A stretch of 16,137 nt of DNA from Candidatus Brocadiia bacterium (GCA_046538485.1 JBKHIT010000081.1:1-16137); one strand, 5' to 3'; shown: positions 1-9,048, counted from the first letter of the stretch. Translations and numbers: made by a program. The notes: a model not told the origin generated them from the sequence alone.

Positions 1-178
1 ATTTCCGATTTCGTTGATTGTCTCTGATTAACTCCCCCTTTAAAATGGCTGCGGCGCGGGGCCGAAGGAGGGCAATTTGTGATTTGAGCGCGCGTAGTGA
101 GCTAATCGCCGCGTCCCCCGGCACAGGGCCGCGAGAAGCCGCAACGAAGAAATGACCCGGCAGAATTGCTCCCTACGG

Positions 179-278
179 GCCGGACGGCGGCGGCCCATCT
201 GCGGCGTTGCAGTTCGGCGTGGACCCACTTGGGTCGAACTTCTCACTGCACCTTGCATCTGAACCACCGACGACCGGC
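179..278. repeat. ~100-nt imperfect palindrome (REP/MITE-like, CATCTGCGGCGTTGC...CCTTGCATCTG type)
   Basis: Left arm gccggacggcggcggcccatctgcggcgttgcagt aligns to the reverse complement of 245-278 (gccggtcgtcggtggttcagatgcaaggtgcagt). Inner stem gaccc-actt-gggtc. Confidence 0.6.
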
Positions 279-330
279 TGAACCCACAAAATCAAATGGA
301 ACGGACCACTAAAACGGACGACCAGGCCGG

Positions 331-355
331 CATCCGTAAGATGCAGGATAGGTTA
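331..355 (+). repeat. Copy 1 of CATCCGTAAGATGCAGG motif
   Basis: 331-347 is the exact reverse complement of 16009-16025; the match extends to 22/25 over 331-355 vs 16001-16025. Confidence 0.8.
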
Positions 356-375
356 AATCTATGAGAAAGGGATTT

Positions 376-402
376 TTGACGAAACAAAACTCCACCTGTT
401 TC
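376..402 (-). promoter_or_regulatory. Mirror-image ECF-type promoter on the minus strand (GAAAC-N16-CGTCAA)
   Basis: The 9-bp inverted repeat gacgaaaca (378-386) / tgtttcgtc (397-405) makes the minus strand read gaaac-aggtggagttttgttt-cgtcaa. Confidence 0.45.
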
Positions 403-407
403 GTCTA
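381..407 (+). promoter_or_regulatory. ECF-type promoter (-35 GAAAC, 16-nt spacer, -10 CGTCTA), probably autoregulatory
   Basis: gaaac (381-385) + 16 nt + cgtcta (402-407) directly upstream of the ECF gene, matching the AAC-N16/17-CGT ECF consensus. Confidence 0.75.
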
Positions 408-412
408 AAGGG

Positions 413-982
413 GTGAAAATGGACAAAACTATCGGGTCCCGAACAGATCAGGCGCTGGTCGTGCTGTTCCAGAACGACGATGGCCAGCGACGTCGCGCGT
501 TCTGCGAACTCTACGAACGACATGCGGGAGCACTGCGCAATTACCTCCTGCGTCTGACCGGTGCTGTGCAGACGGCCGAGGACCTCACGCAGGAAACGTT
601 CCTCCGCGCATTGGAGGGACTGGAAAGTTTCACCGGACGTAGCTCGTTCAAAACGTGGCTCTTCACGATCGGCACAAATCTGGTTCGGGATCATTTTCGG
701 AGGAAAAAGCCCATGGGTTCCCTGGCCGACGATCTGACGTCATCACATCCGGATCCGGCCGAAAAAGCCGAAACCGACGATGACGTCCGCCGGTTGCGCT
801 CGGCGGTGGCCGATCTGCCGGAAAGCCAGCGTTTCCCTCTGGTGCTGGTGCGGTTCGAAGGGATGAAATACAGAGAAGCCGCTGAAGCGCTCGGTATCAC
901 GCTGGCGGCCGTTCGAATGCGTATCCACAGAGCACACCTTGCTCTCACCGAAGCGCTTACGGACCCGGGAGGAGAATTATGA
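413..982 (+). CDS. ECF-family RNA polymerase sigma-70 factor (SigW/RpoE-like)
   Basis: Region 2 motifs (AFCELYERH...AEDLTQETFLRA...SSFKTWLFTIGTNLVRDHFRR) and region 4 HTH (LPESQRFPLVLVRFEGMKYREAAEALGITLAAVRMRIHRAH). Start is either GTG 413 or ATG 419 (AAGGGG upstream). Confidence 0.95.
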   Translation: MKMDKTIGSRTDQALVVLFQNDDGQRRRAFCELYERHAGALRNYLLRLTGAVQTAEDLTQETFLRALEGLESFTGRSSFKTWLFTIGTNLVRDHFRRKKPMGSLADDLTSSHPDPAEKAETDDDVRRLRSAVADLPESQRFPLVLVRFEGMKYREAAEALGITLAAVRMRIHRAHLALTEALTDPGGEL

Positions 983-3900
983 ACAGAGAAAAAGCACGAG
1001 AATATGTCACCCATAAACTGGCCGGCGAACTGACGGACGAGGAGGCCAGCGAACTGGAGAAATTCCTCGAAGAGAATCCTGATTTCGCCCCGGAGGTGGA
1101 ACGGATGGAAAAAGTGTGGAAACAACTCGACCGGATTGAGTCTGAAAACATCGACGCTCCGCCGATGAGGGAAGAACTGAAGACCCGGCTCGGCGTTTCG
1201 GACGACAGCGACCCGAAACGCATGTGGTGGGCGTTCGCGGCCGCGGCAGCACTGATCATCGTCGGCGTGGTGCTGGGCTGGCCGCGAAACGGAGGCCCGG
1301 AAACCAACGGCGGAGGAGCTGCCACCGGCGGAAAAAGCACCGGCGAGAAGATGCGGGAAACTGCGCAATCAGCCGATCAAAGCAGATTGCCCCGTGTTCT
1401 GAAAGCCCGTGGATTGGTCATGACGCGCGGTCCCGAGGATACCCGATGGCGACTTCTGAGACGCGGCGACGAAATTCCGCTCGACCACACCGTGCGAATC
1501 GGCTCCAACCCGGAATTCGGCGTTATGTTGGTCTCGGACGACGGCACGCAGATTACCCTCGCCGCCGACAGCGAACTCAAGGTCAGCAAATCCACCATCT
1601 GGGACCTGAACTCCGGATCGGCCTGGGTCTCGGTCGGCGAAGGATTCGACCGCGCGGGATCCGGGGGAGGCGAGGAGGGAGAACTCCCGCCGAGAAGACT
1701 CCACCTCCGTACCCCGCACGGTTTGATCGCCCCGGCGGGCACGAAATACGCCGTTCGTGTGAGCGCCGATTACACCCTTTGCCGCGTGCGACACGGCGAG
1801 GTGGTGCTTTCCCCCCATAATCAGAGCACAACCGAACGCGTTGGAGAAGGCCAGGCCGGAATCATCGATAACACGGGCGTCCGGCTGCCAAAGACCGGAG
1901 GCGAGGAACTCGACGCGCTTCTGGCCCTGAAGACGCAGCTCGATACCAGCCAGGCCGTCGCCCGCCTTGTTGCCCGCAGCAAAGAGGAAGGGGAAAAACT
2001 TCCCCTTGAGATCAAATCCTACGATGTCAAAGTGGACGTTGTGGACGGTGTGGCGCGGACGTTTATCGATATGGTGTTTATTAACCAAACCCACAGCCGC
2101 ATGGAAGGCACGTTCTTCTACAACCTGCCTCCGGACGCAGTGATCAGCGAATTCGCGATGTATGTCGGCGAGAGACGGGTGGTGGGTGAGGTGCTCGAAC
2201 GGCATCGCGCGCGTCAGATCTTCGAGTACATCCGCCGCGAACGGCGCGATCCGGCCCTGCTTGAGTGGGTTGGCGGGAATTTGTTCAAAATGCGCGTCTA
2301 CCCGATCGAACCGCGCTCGACCAAACGCATCCAGCTCGGGTATACCCAGGTGCTCAAACGACGCGAGGGGAAAGTCAGCTATAATTTCCCGCTGGTCAGT
2401 GAGATGTTGAAGAAAAACCCTCTCCATAATTTCTCTTTCAATGCTCACATACTGTCGACGCCCGGTCTGTCGGACGTCGAATGTCCTTCCCACAGGGCTC
2501 AGATCGAGACGGGAGACGGCGGGAAACGGGCGTCGGTGCGTGTGGCGGCGAAAGATTACACTCCGAAACGCGATTTCCACATGAGCTGGCGGGTGCCCGA
2601 TAGCGCGGAGTGCATCGTGTTGAGCAACAGCCGACCGGACGAGCCAGAAGGGTATTTCATGGTGCAGATTGATCCGCGCGTCAGAGCCCACCAGCGCGAT
2701 GTGCCCGCAAGAATATTGCTGGTGCTGGACGGGTCGGCTTCGGTCGATTCGCGCGCTTTCAACATCGCCCGGGAATTCGCCAGGGCCACCTGTTCGATGG
2801 CGAACGGCTGGGAGATGAACGTCGTTCTCACAACCGCGCACGCCGACCCCCTCTGGGCGGATTTCCAGACCGTCGATTGGGATACGTATGCCGATGTCGA
2901 AGATTTCCTCTCCAGCCGCAAACCGCTTGGCGGCACCGATCTGCTGCAAAGTTTCAAGGGCGTGGCCGATTGCGTCGAGAAAGACGAGCCCGTGCGCGTG
3001 ATCTACGTGGGCGACGGAATTGATACGCTGGGGGGGCTGGAAGGAACGGCGCTTGTGGAGGCGATCAAGAAGGAGTTTGCGGGCAAGAATGCCGAGCTGA
3101 GCTGCGTGGCCGTCGGTTCGTCCTACGATCGAGAGGTGCTCAGCGGGCTCGCCGGGGCACTGGGCGGCACGTTCCGTGCCGTGCAGGGCGCCACGGACGT
3201 CTTCGATGCTGCGGATCGGGTCATCGCCGAACTCTACCGACCCGTCCTGCGAGACGTGAAAGTTGAGTTTGAAGGGGTCAAAGTCGGAGCCGTCTATCCT
3301 CGGCAAATCGGCACGCTGGCGGTCGGAGATACGGGGACGGTTCTGGGTCGGATTGTGGAAGGCCGGGCGGGTAAAATCTCCGTCAGCGGAACCTCGGGCG
3401 GTAAAGCTTTCACCCGCGAATACGATATCGAACTGGCGATGCCGGAGGAGAAGAACCAGTTTTTACCCCGTCTCTGGGCAAAAGCCCACATGGATGCTCT
3501 GCGGGCGCGGATGGGGCTCGGGACGAAAAGTCCCGATAGCTATCTGCGGGACCAGATCATCGCGGTATCGATCGACTATCAAATCATGTCGCCGTATACG
3601 GCCTTCCTGGTGCTGGAAAGCGAGGAAGATTACAAGAAATACGGCGTGGTGCGCCGTCTGCGGAAAGTCGACTGGCGAGGGGAGATGGAGGGTGTGAGCC
3701 ACCGCCGACCGGGCACTGAGGTGGAGAGCGGGAAACCCGAACGTCAGGCCCCGGCGGGCCCCGTGGTTCCGCTCCCCGAACCCGTGCCACAGTTTTTCAG
3801 TCCCGGCGACAGCATCATCGATGAAGACGAAACGTTAATACGCAAAAACCTGGAATATGGCGCCGGAGGGGGAGGGAAACTACCAGGAGGAGAGAGACGC

Positions 3901-6900
3901 CGACTGTGGAAAGAACGAGACGAAATCCGCCTGGAAGAAAGTGGAGAAGCTTTCAGTAATTTAGATCTCCTCACCAGCTGGGAGACGACGCTGGATGGGA
4001 ACGGTCGCCTGTACCGGGATATTCCGCTGGAGTCAAAAGAGAGTTGGGGGGGGGACGATTACGCCGAATGGTCCGGGGCGCAAAGCGGTTTCGGGCCCCC
4101 TGTTCGGTCTCGACTGAAGCCTGTGAGAAAACCAAAAGAGCTTTCGTTGAATGAACCGGTTGCGAGCGGGCCGGCGTACTGGTACGCCAGCGACCGGCTG
4201 GGAGCGTCCGAGGAACTTATGACGATGCACGAGATCTCGGACAAGGAGAGAAGAGTTTCGGGCTTCGGGTACTACCGGCGCCGCCGCAGGAAATGTTACG
4301 ATTATTTCCGGCGATACGGTATAAATCAGATCACGACGAAAGGCGACGAGAAACTGAAGGTGCGGCACTGGTACCGCGACGAATTGCACGCGCGCCGTGC
4401 GGTCATCATGAAACCGGAGAACCTGCAATACCGTCTCGACCTTGTGCTGGCCCTGGTCTGCTCCGGGGAGTACAGTTCAGCACTCAAGCATCTGGAGGGG
4501 CTGGAAAAGTCATTCGGACCGAACTTCCACCTGCTGCTGGAACGGGCCTGGATAGAGACTGAGATGGGCAACAGGACCGCCGCCGCCGAATCGCTGCAGC
4601 GGGCGGAGAAGACACTTGAGAATGTTCCGGAGGACAAGCGGGTTCGTTTCCGTCAGAATCTTGCGAGCCAGTTCCAGGGAATCGGGCAGCGCGACAGGGC
4701 GGTCGAAATATACCTGGATCTTGCCAAAAACGCCTCCTCTGCCAGCAGTGCCATCAATTCCTACTGCACGGCGTGGTCGTGTGCCAACTCGGCCCGGGAC
4801 ACGGCGGCTGATAAGATTCTGGAGAAGATGCTCGAACGGTACCCGAAGAATGGCTACGCTTACCGGCAGGCGGCTCAATATCTTCGTTCTTCGGATCCAG
4901 AACGTGCGCTTGAGCTCCTGGACAGAGCCAGGGAGCTGGGGCAGGACGTTACGGACCTTCGGATGCGTATCCTGTTCTCGAAGGGCGACACCGAGGCGGC
5001 ATGGGGGCTCCTGAGGACCATGTTTGACGAAGCAGAAAGTTCTGAGGAGGTCCGGCAGGCCCTTCAACAGGCGCGCAACTACAACCAGCGTCGCGCCTAC
5101 GCATGGTGCAGGGATGCCATACTGGCGTGGGAGGAACCTCAGCTGACCGGAGCCCTCCAGTACGCTCGATACAATTTCACCCCCGGCAGAGACGTTGTTA
5201 ACAAGATCCAGAAGATGGCGGAGAGCAGGGAACTGACCGACGACCACCGCGTTCCTGTGTTCAATATGCTTCACAGGTCGAGCACACGCCGCAGGGAATG
5301 GGCTAAAATCCTGGTCCCGCTTCTGAAGCCTGAGTTTCGCGATAAAGAAGCGCTACCCGAAATGACCGCCAGCCAGCGGGAGAGTATCGCGCAGCAACGT
5401 TCCCTGGCGTTCCAGGCACTGCAGCTTTTGATCAATCATGGCTACTACAAGCTGGCCGAAAAACACCTGGCAAAATTTCGGAACATTGAAGACCTGACGG
5501 AGTCAGAACGACACCAGCTGGCCAACGCGCGCTGGCAGGTCGAGAGGAATTCCGGGAACCGAGAGGAAGCTATCGAGCACCTGGAGGAAGCTTTCCGGGA
5601 AACAAAGAACGGCAGTTACGCTTACAACCACGCTTATCAGCTCATGAACGCTTTCATAGAGCACGGAGAGTATGAACGAGCGATCGGGACGGGGGCCGAG
5701 CAAATGAAGCGGTTCCCCGGCCACTACAATAATCGCTATCTCATTAATTCCCTCTACCAGCGTATCCGCAATATGCCGGAGTTGCTCGATAAGGCCCGGA
5801 AACTCATCGTACGGGGGACGAGTACGGACCAGGAACGAAGGGCTCAGCGCCAGCGAATCCTGGCGCTGGTCGGGAAAGGAAAGTTCGCCGAGGCGGACGC
5901 GGAACTGCGAAAGCTGCACGATAATCTGGAGAAGCAGCTGGAGGATCTCGGTCGCGAGGTGGACGAGCTGAAGAGCAAAATCGAGAAATTACAACAGAAT
6001 CGACCCGAAAAAACTGTTCAGCCTGATGGCGGGGGAGTGAAGAAAGAAACGTATCAGGAAACCATGCGTTCCCTGCAACCCAAAAGGCAAAAACTGGTGC
6101 AACGACGGGCGGAGTTGTTTCAGACGCTGGCGTGGACGCGCCGGCTTCGCGCGCAGGTCACGGCCCGTAAAGCGAAATTAAGGGAAGAGTTTCTGGCCGA
6201 ATGTCGGCGGCGGGCTGAAGATGAAGATCCCGTGGTGCGCGAATGGACGAACGCGGCCCTCTACTGTCTCCGGGCCGCCGGCAAGCCCCAGAAGCGTAAG
6301 GAAATGCTGGAAAAATTGCACGAGCTGGAATCAGACGACCCTATCTGGGGGCGGTTGCTGTTGAACGCGCGGATACATGCCGAGGAATTTCGAGAAGCGC
6401 TCAAGCTGGCGGAGAAACTCCGGGAAAGAGCGCCCGGCGACCTGGATCTCGCGCGAACCTGGTACAGCCTCGTCGGATCCGTCGGCGATTCGGAAAAGAT
6501 CGAGGCTGCCACGAACGAATTTATGGATGTTCTCCGGGCGCATCCCAATACTCTCAAACAAATGGCGCAACAGTGGCAAAACCAGAAGAGGTACAATCTG
6601 GCCATCCGCGCTTGGCTCGCCGTCCAGAAGACGCCCCATTACCGCGCGAACGGGAACCCCAGACTTCAGGCCGCCTCGATCCTCCACCAAACCGGAAAGA
6701 CGAAACGAGCCACGGAGTTGCTTTTGGATCTTATCGCGGATATCAGCGTCGCCTCTAACTCCAATTACCGGCAAAGCGCGGTGGGGAGACTGACTGACTA
6801 CATCCGGGACGAAGAAAGCCTGCGTTTGGTCGAGGATGAAGTGCCGGCGCTGCTCGAGGCGGAGGACCTGGAGGTCCGACGCTGGAGCATGTTGCTGGCG

Positions 6901-9048
6901 TACCGCGCGGCAAATGTGCGGAAAGAAACTGAAAAGGCCCAAAGGTTGCTCAACGGGATGTTTGCGCTGCCATCATCCTCGCGATATTCTACCGGATTTC
7001 CGACGACCATGGTGAATTTGTTGGTCGAGAAGGAGCGTTACAAAGAAGCGGTTTCTTACGCCCGGAAGGGAGCTGAAGGACTTTCCGCGCACAACCGGAT
7101 GGCCCTGCTCCGAAACACCGCCTCGCGACTTGCAAATTCTGACAAATCCAGGGATCTCGGCATTGAGCTGTATCGGGATCTGATCGAGCGGGGAAGTTCC
7201 AATGTGGAGAACGACCGGCGGAAGCTCATTGAATGCCTGACGGAAGCCGGAAGGACGGAGGAGGCCTGGGAAGAATTGGAGAAACTCGGGGTCAATAGCT
7301 CGGATTGGAACTACTGGCGGGGTTTCCGAAAGATTTTAGAGACGGAAAAGGACTTCGATAAGGCTATAACCCGGGCGATTGCCGCCTGGCGCCATCAACG
7401 GCAACTCCAGGGAAGCTACCGACACAGCATCTGGAACACTCTGACCGATCACGCCAGAAGTGCGATCGACAAGGACAAACTTTCCCCGGATACGCGCAAA
7501 CAGCTCAAGGAAGTGCTCATGCAGCACCTGCGCGATGTTCTGTCGGCGACACCGACGAGTTCCTATTCAGGGTATGAGATTCAACTCGCCCGGAAACTGA
7601 AGGTCGTGGATGAAGTTTTGAAATTGGCTGAAGAAGCGGCTGAAAGCAAAGAGCCGTGCCGTAAGCTCCGTGCCGCCACTTGTATCAAGCGATTCGATGA
7701 AAAGAACGGACACAAACGTGCCGCCGGGATCTGGCGTGACGTCCTGCAGCTGAAAACGACCACCCCGCAGCAGATCTCTTCTGCCTGCAGTTCGCTCTAC
7801 AGTTATTACCGGTATCCGAAGAAAGATTGGGCGGCGGCCATTGAGATGCTTGAGGTCTGGAAGGAAAGCGGGAACCTCAACGAACCGAGCTACCTTCAGA
7901 ACCGTGTGGAGTGTCTCTACAAGTTGAACCGGCGGAAAGAAGCCCGCGCCGCCGCTGAAAAACTGTTGCAGCGGCCGGAAGTGCGGCAAAACTACTCGGG
8001 CTATCTCGGCAACCTCGCCTCATATTGCCAGAATGCCAGAGATCATACGATGGAAGTGAAGGTTCGGAAACTGCAGCTTCAGGTGCTTTTCTTGCAGAGC
8101 CGCCGGCGCAACCGGTCTCTGGATGCCGGTTCCGCCGCCCAGGTCTATAGAGCTCTGGCCCAGGCCTACGCGGGACAGGGAAAGATCGAAGAGGCCGTGG
8201 AGTCGTGCGTGCGCGGGCTCCAGATTGTGAACCGGAATCAGCACTCGTGGTATTACACGCGTCTGCGTCGGAGCCTGATTGAGATCTTGAAAGGCGGGGT
8301 CGATGGAGGTGTCGATGCGGCTGTCAGATTTTACGAGGAAAAACTCCTGCCCGAGGGTGAGATCCCACAGTTGCGAGTTGCTTTTGGGATGGCATACCGT
8401 GAGGCGAACAAAGAAGAAAAAGCGCTCGAACAGCTCTCGATTGCCGCCGAACTGTTGCCGAAAGATACCAAACTCCGCAGGATGGTCATACAGGGCTATA
8501 AGAATCTGGACAACCCCGATGAGGTGGAGAAAGCCTACCTTGCCTGGGCGCGTCTGGATCCGCAGAATATCCAGATATACCGCGAGTTGGGGCAGCTTTA
8601 TGAGAGTCAGAACCGGCCCGATGATGCCATGAAGGCCTATGCCACCATGGCCGAGGTCCGCCCCCGCGAGGCCGAAGGACACCGGGCCTACGGGCGCATT
8701 CTTGCCGACAAGGGCGAACTTGAGGAGGCTATCGTCCAGTACGTTACCGCCCGGAAATACCGTCCCACCGCGTTCGATATTGCTCGTGAGCTGGCGGAAC
8801 TCTACCGTCGGGCCGATCGCGTGCAGCAGATTGATGAGCTCTGGGAAGATGGGGAAAAAGCCTGCCGGAGCGCGATGGAAGACCTGCCCGACGACCCGCT
8901 TCCGTGGCTCGCACTGGCGCGTTTTCTAAAAGCCCAGGGGCGGGAAGACGAAGCGCGGGAACAATGCCACCGAATTTTGCGTCGCCACTGGCCGCGTTTC
9001 GGCGGCGAGACCCGCTCCGAGGCCCGCCAGATCCTGCAAACACTCTGA
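979..9048 (+). CDS. Giant membrane-anchored anti-sigma-like protein: ASD + TM + FecR-like + VIT + vWA + TPR repeats (2689 aa)
   Basis: ATGA overlap with the sigma stop and GGAGGAG RBS. N-terminal anti-sigma-like segment (YVTHKLAGELTDEEASELEKFL), TM aa82-101 (nt 1222-1281), FecR-like nt ~1390-1870 (DGTQITLAADSEL, LNSGSAWV, LRTPHG..GTKYAV, VRHGEV), VIT nt ~2000-2355 (RMEGTFFYNLPPDAVISEFAM, RRDPALLEWVGGNLFKMRVYPIEP), vWA nt ~2715-3240 (LVLDGSAS, GGTDL, YVGDG), then LPRLWA/SPYTAFLVLE motifs and TPR-like repeats from ~4390 to the end. Confidence 0.9.
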   Translation: MNREKAREYVTHKLAGELTDEEASELEKFLEENPDFAPEVERMEKVWKQLDRIESENIDAPPMREELKTRLGVSDDSDPKRMWWAFAAAAALIIVGVVLGWPRNGGPETNGGGAATGGKSTGEKMRETAQSADQSRLPRVLKARGLVMTRGPEDTRWRLLRRGDEIPLDHTVRIGSNPEFGVMLVSDDGTQITLAADSELKVSKSTIWDLNSGSAWVSVGEGFDRAGSGGGEEGELPPRRLHLRTPHGLIAPAGTKYAVRVSADYTLCRVRHGEVVLSPHNQSTTERVGEGQAGIIDNTGVRLPKTGGEELDALLALKTQLDTSQAVARLVARSKEEGEKLPLEIKSYDVKVDVVDGVARTFIDMVFINQTHSRMEGTFFYNLPPDAVISEFAMYVGERRVVGEVLERHRARQIFEYIRRERRDPALLEWVGGNLFKMRVYPIEPRSTKRIQLGYTQVLKRREGKVSYNFPLVSEMLKKNPLHNFSFNAHILSTPGLSDVECPSHRAQIETGDGGKRASVRVAAKDYTPKRDFHMSWRVPDSAECIVLSNSRPDEPEGYFMVQIDPRVRAHQRDVPARILLVLDGSASVDSRAFNIAREFARATCSMANGWEMNVVLTTAHADPLWADFQTVDWDTYADVEDFLSSRKPLGGTDLLQSFKGVADCVEKDEPVRVIYVGDGIDTLGGLEGTALVEAIKKEFAGKNAELSCVAVGSSYDREVLSGLAGALGGTFRAVQGATDVFDAADRVIAELYRPVLRDVKVEFEGVKVGAVYPRQIGTLAVGDTGTVLGRIVEGRAGKISVSGTSGGKAFTREYDIELAMPEEKNQFLPRLWAKAHMDALRARMGLGTKSPDSYLRDQIIAVSIDYQIMSPYTAFLVLESEEDYKKYGVVRRLRKVDWRGEMEGVSHRRPGTEVESGKPERQAPAGPVVPLPEPVPQFFSPGDSIIDEDETLIRKNLEYGAGGGGKLPGGERRRLWKERDEIRLEESGEAFSNLDLLTSWETTLDGNGRLYRDIPLESKESWGGDDYAEWSGAQSGFGPPVRSRLKPVRKPKELSLNEPVASGPAYWYASDRLGASEELMTMHEISDKERRVSGFGYYRRRRRKCYDYFRRYGINQITTKGDEKLKVRHWYRDELHARRAVIMKPENLQYRLDLVLALVCSGEYSSALKHLEGLEKSFGPNFHLLLERAWIETEMGNRTAAAESLQRAEKTLENVPEDKRVRFRQNLASQFQGIGQRDRAVEIYLDLAKNASSASSAINSYCTAWSCANSARDTAADKILEKMLERYPKNGYAYRQAAQYLRSSDPERALELLDRARELGQDVTDLRMRILFSKGDTEAAWGLLRTMFDEAESSEEVRQALQQARNYNQRRAYAWCRDAILAWEEPQLTGALQYARYNFTPGRDVVNKIQKMAESRELTDDHRVPVFNMLHRSSTRRREWAKILVPLLKPEFRDKEALPEMTASQRESIAQQRSLAFQALQLLINHGYYKLAEKHLAKFRNIEDLTESERHQLANARWQVERNSGNREEAIEHLEEAFRETKNGSYAYNHAYQLMNAFIEHGEYERAIGTGAEQMKRFPGHYNNRYLINSLYQRIRNMPELLDKARKLIVRGTSTDQERRAQRQRILALVGKGKFAEADAELRKLHDNLEKQLEDLGREVDELKSKIEKLQQNRPEKTVQPDGGGVKKETYQETMRSLQPKRQKLVQRRAELFQTLAWTRRLRAQVTARKAKLREEFLAECRRRAEDEDPVVREWTNAALYCLRAAGKPQKRKEMLEKLHELESDDPIWGRLLLNARIHAEEFREALKLAEKLRERAPGDLDLARTWYSLVGSVGDSEKIEAATNEFMDVLRAHPNTLKQMAQQWQNQKRYNLAIRAWLAVQKTPHYRANGNPRLQAASILHQTGKTKRATELLLDLIADISVASNSNYRQSAVGRLTDYIRDEESLRLVEDEVPALLEAEDLEVRRWSMLLAYRAANVRKETEKAQRLLNGMFALPSSSRYSTGFPTTMVNLLVEKERYKEAVSYARKGAEGLSAHNRMALLRNTASRLANSDKSRDLGIELYRDLIERGSSNVENDRRKLIECLTEAGRTEEAWEELEKLGVNSSDWNYWRGFRKILETEKDFDKAITRAIAAWRHQRQLQGSYRHSIWNTLTDHARSAIDKDKLSPDTRKQLKEVLMQHLRDVLSATPTSSYSGYEIQLARKLKVVDEVLKLAEEAAESKEPCRKLRAATCIKRFDEKNGHKRAAGIWRDVLQLKTTTPQQISSACSSLYSYYRYPKKDWAAAIEMLEVWKESGNLNEPSYLQNRVECLYKLNRRKEARAAAEKLLQRPEVRQNYSGYLGNLASYCQNARDHTMEVKVRKLQLQVLFLQSRRRNRSLDAGSAAQVYRALAQAYAGQGKIEEAVESCVRGLQIVNRNQHSWYYTRLRRSLIEILKGGVDGGVDAAVRFYEEKLLPEGEIPQLRVAFGMAYREANKEEKALEQLSIAAELLPKDTKLRRMVIQGYKNLDNPDEVEKAYLAWARLDPQNIQIYRELGQLYESQNRPDDAMKAYATMAEVRPREAEGHRAYGRILADKGELEEAIVQYVTARKYRPTAFDIARELAELYRRADRVQQIDELWEDGEKACRSAMEDLPDDPLPWLALARFLKAQGREDEAREQCHRILRRHWPRFGGETRSEARQILQTL

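Noticed and set aside
1369..3306. 645-aa minus-strand ORF and other ORFs antisense to the giant gene
   Set aside because: Shadow frames of a GC-rich coding gene with no recognisable motifs.
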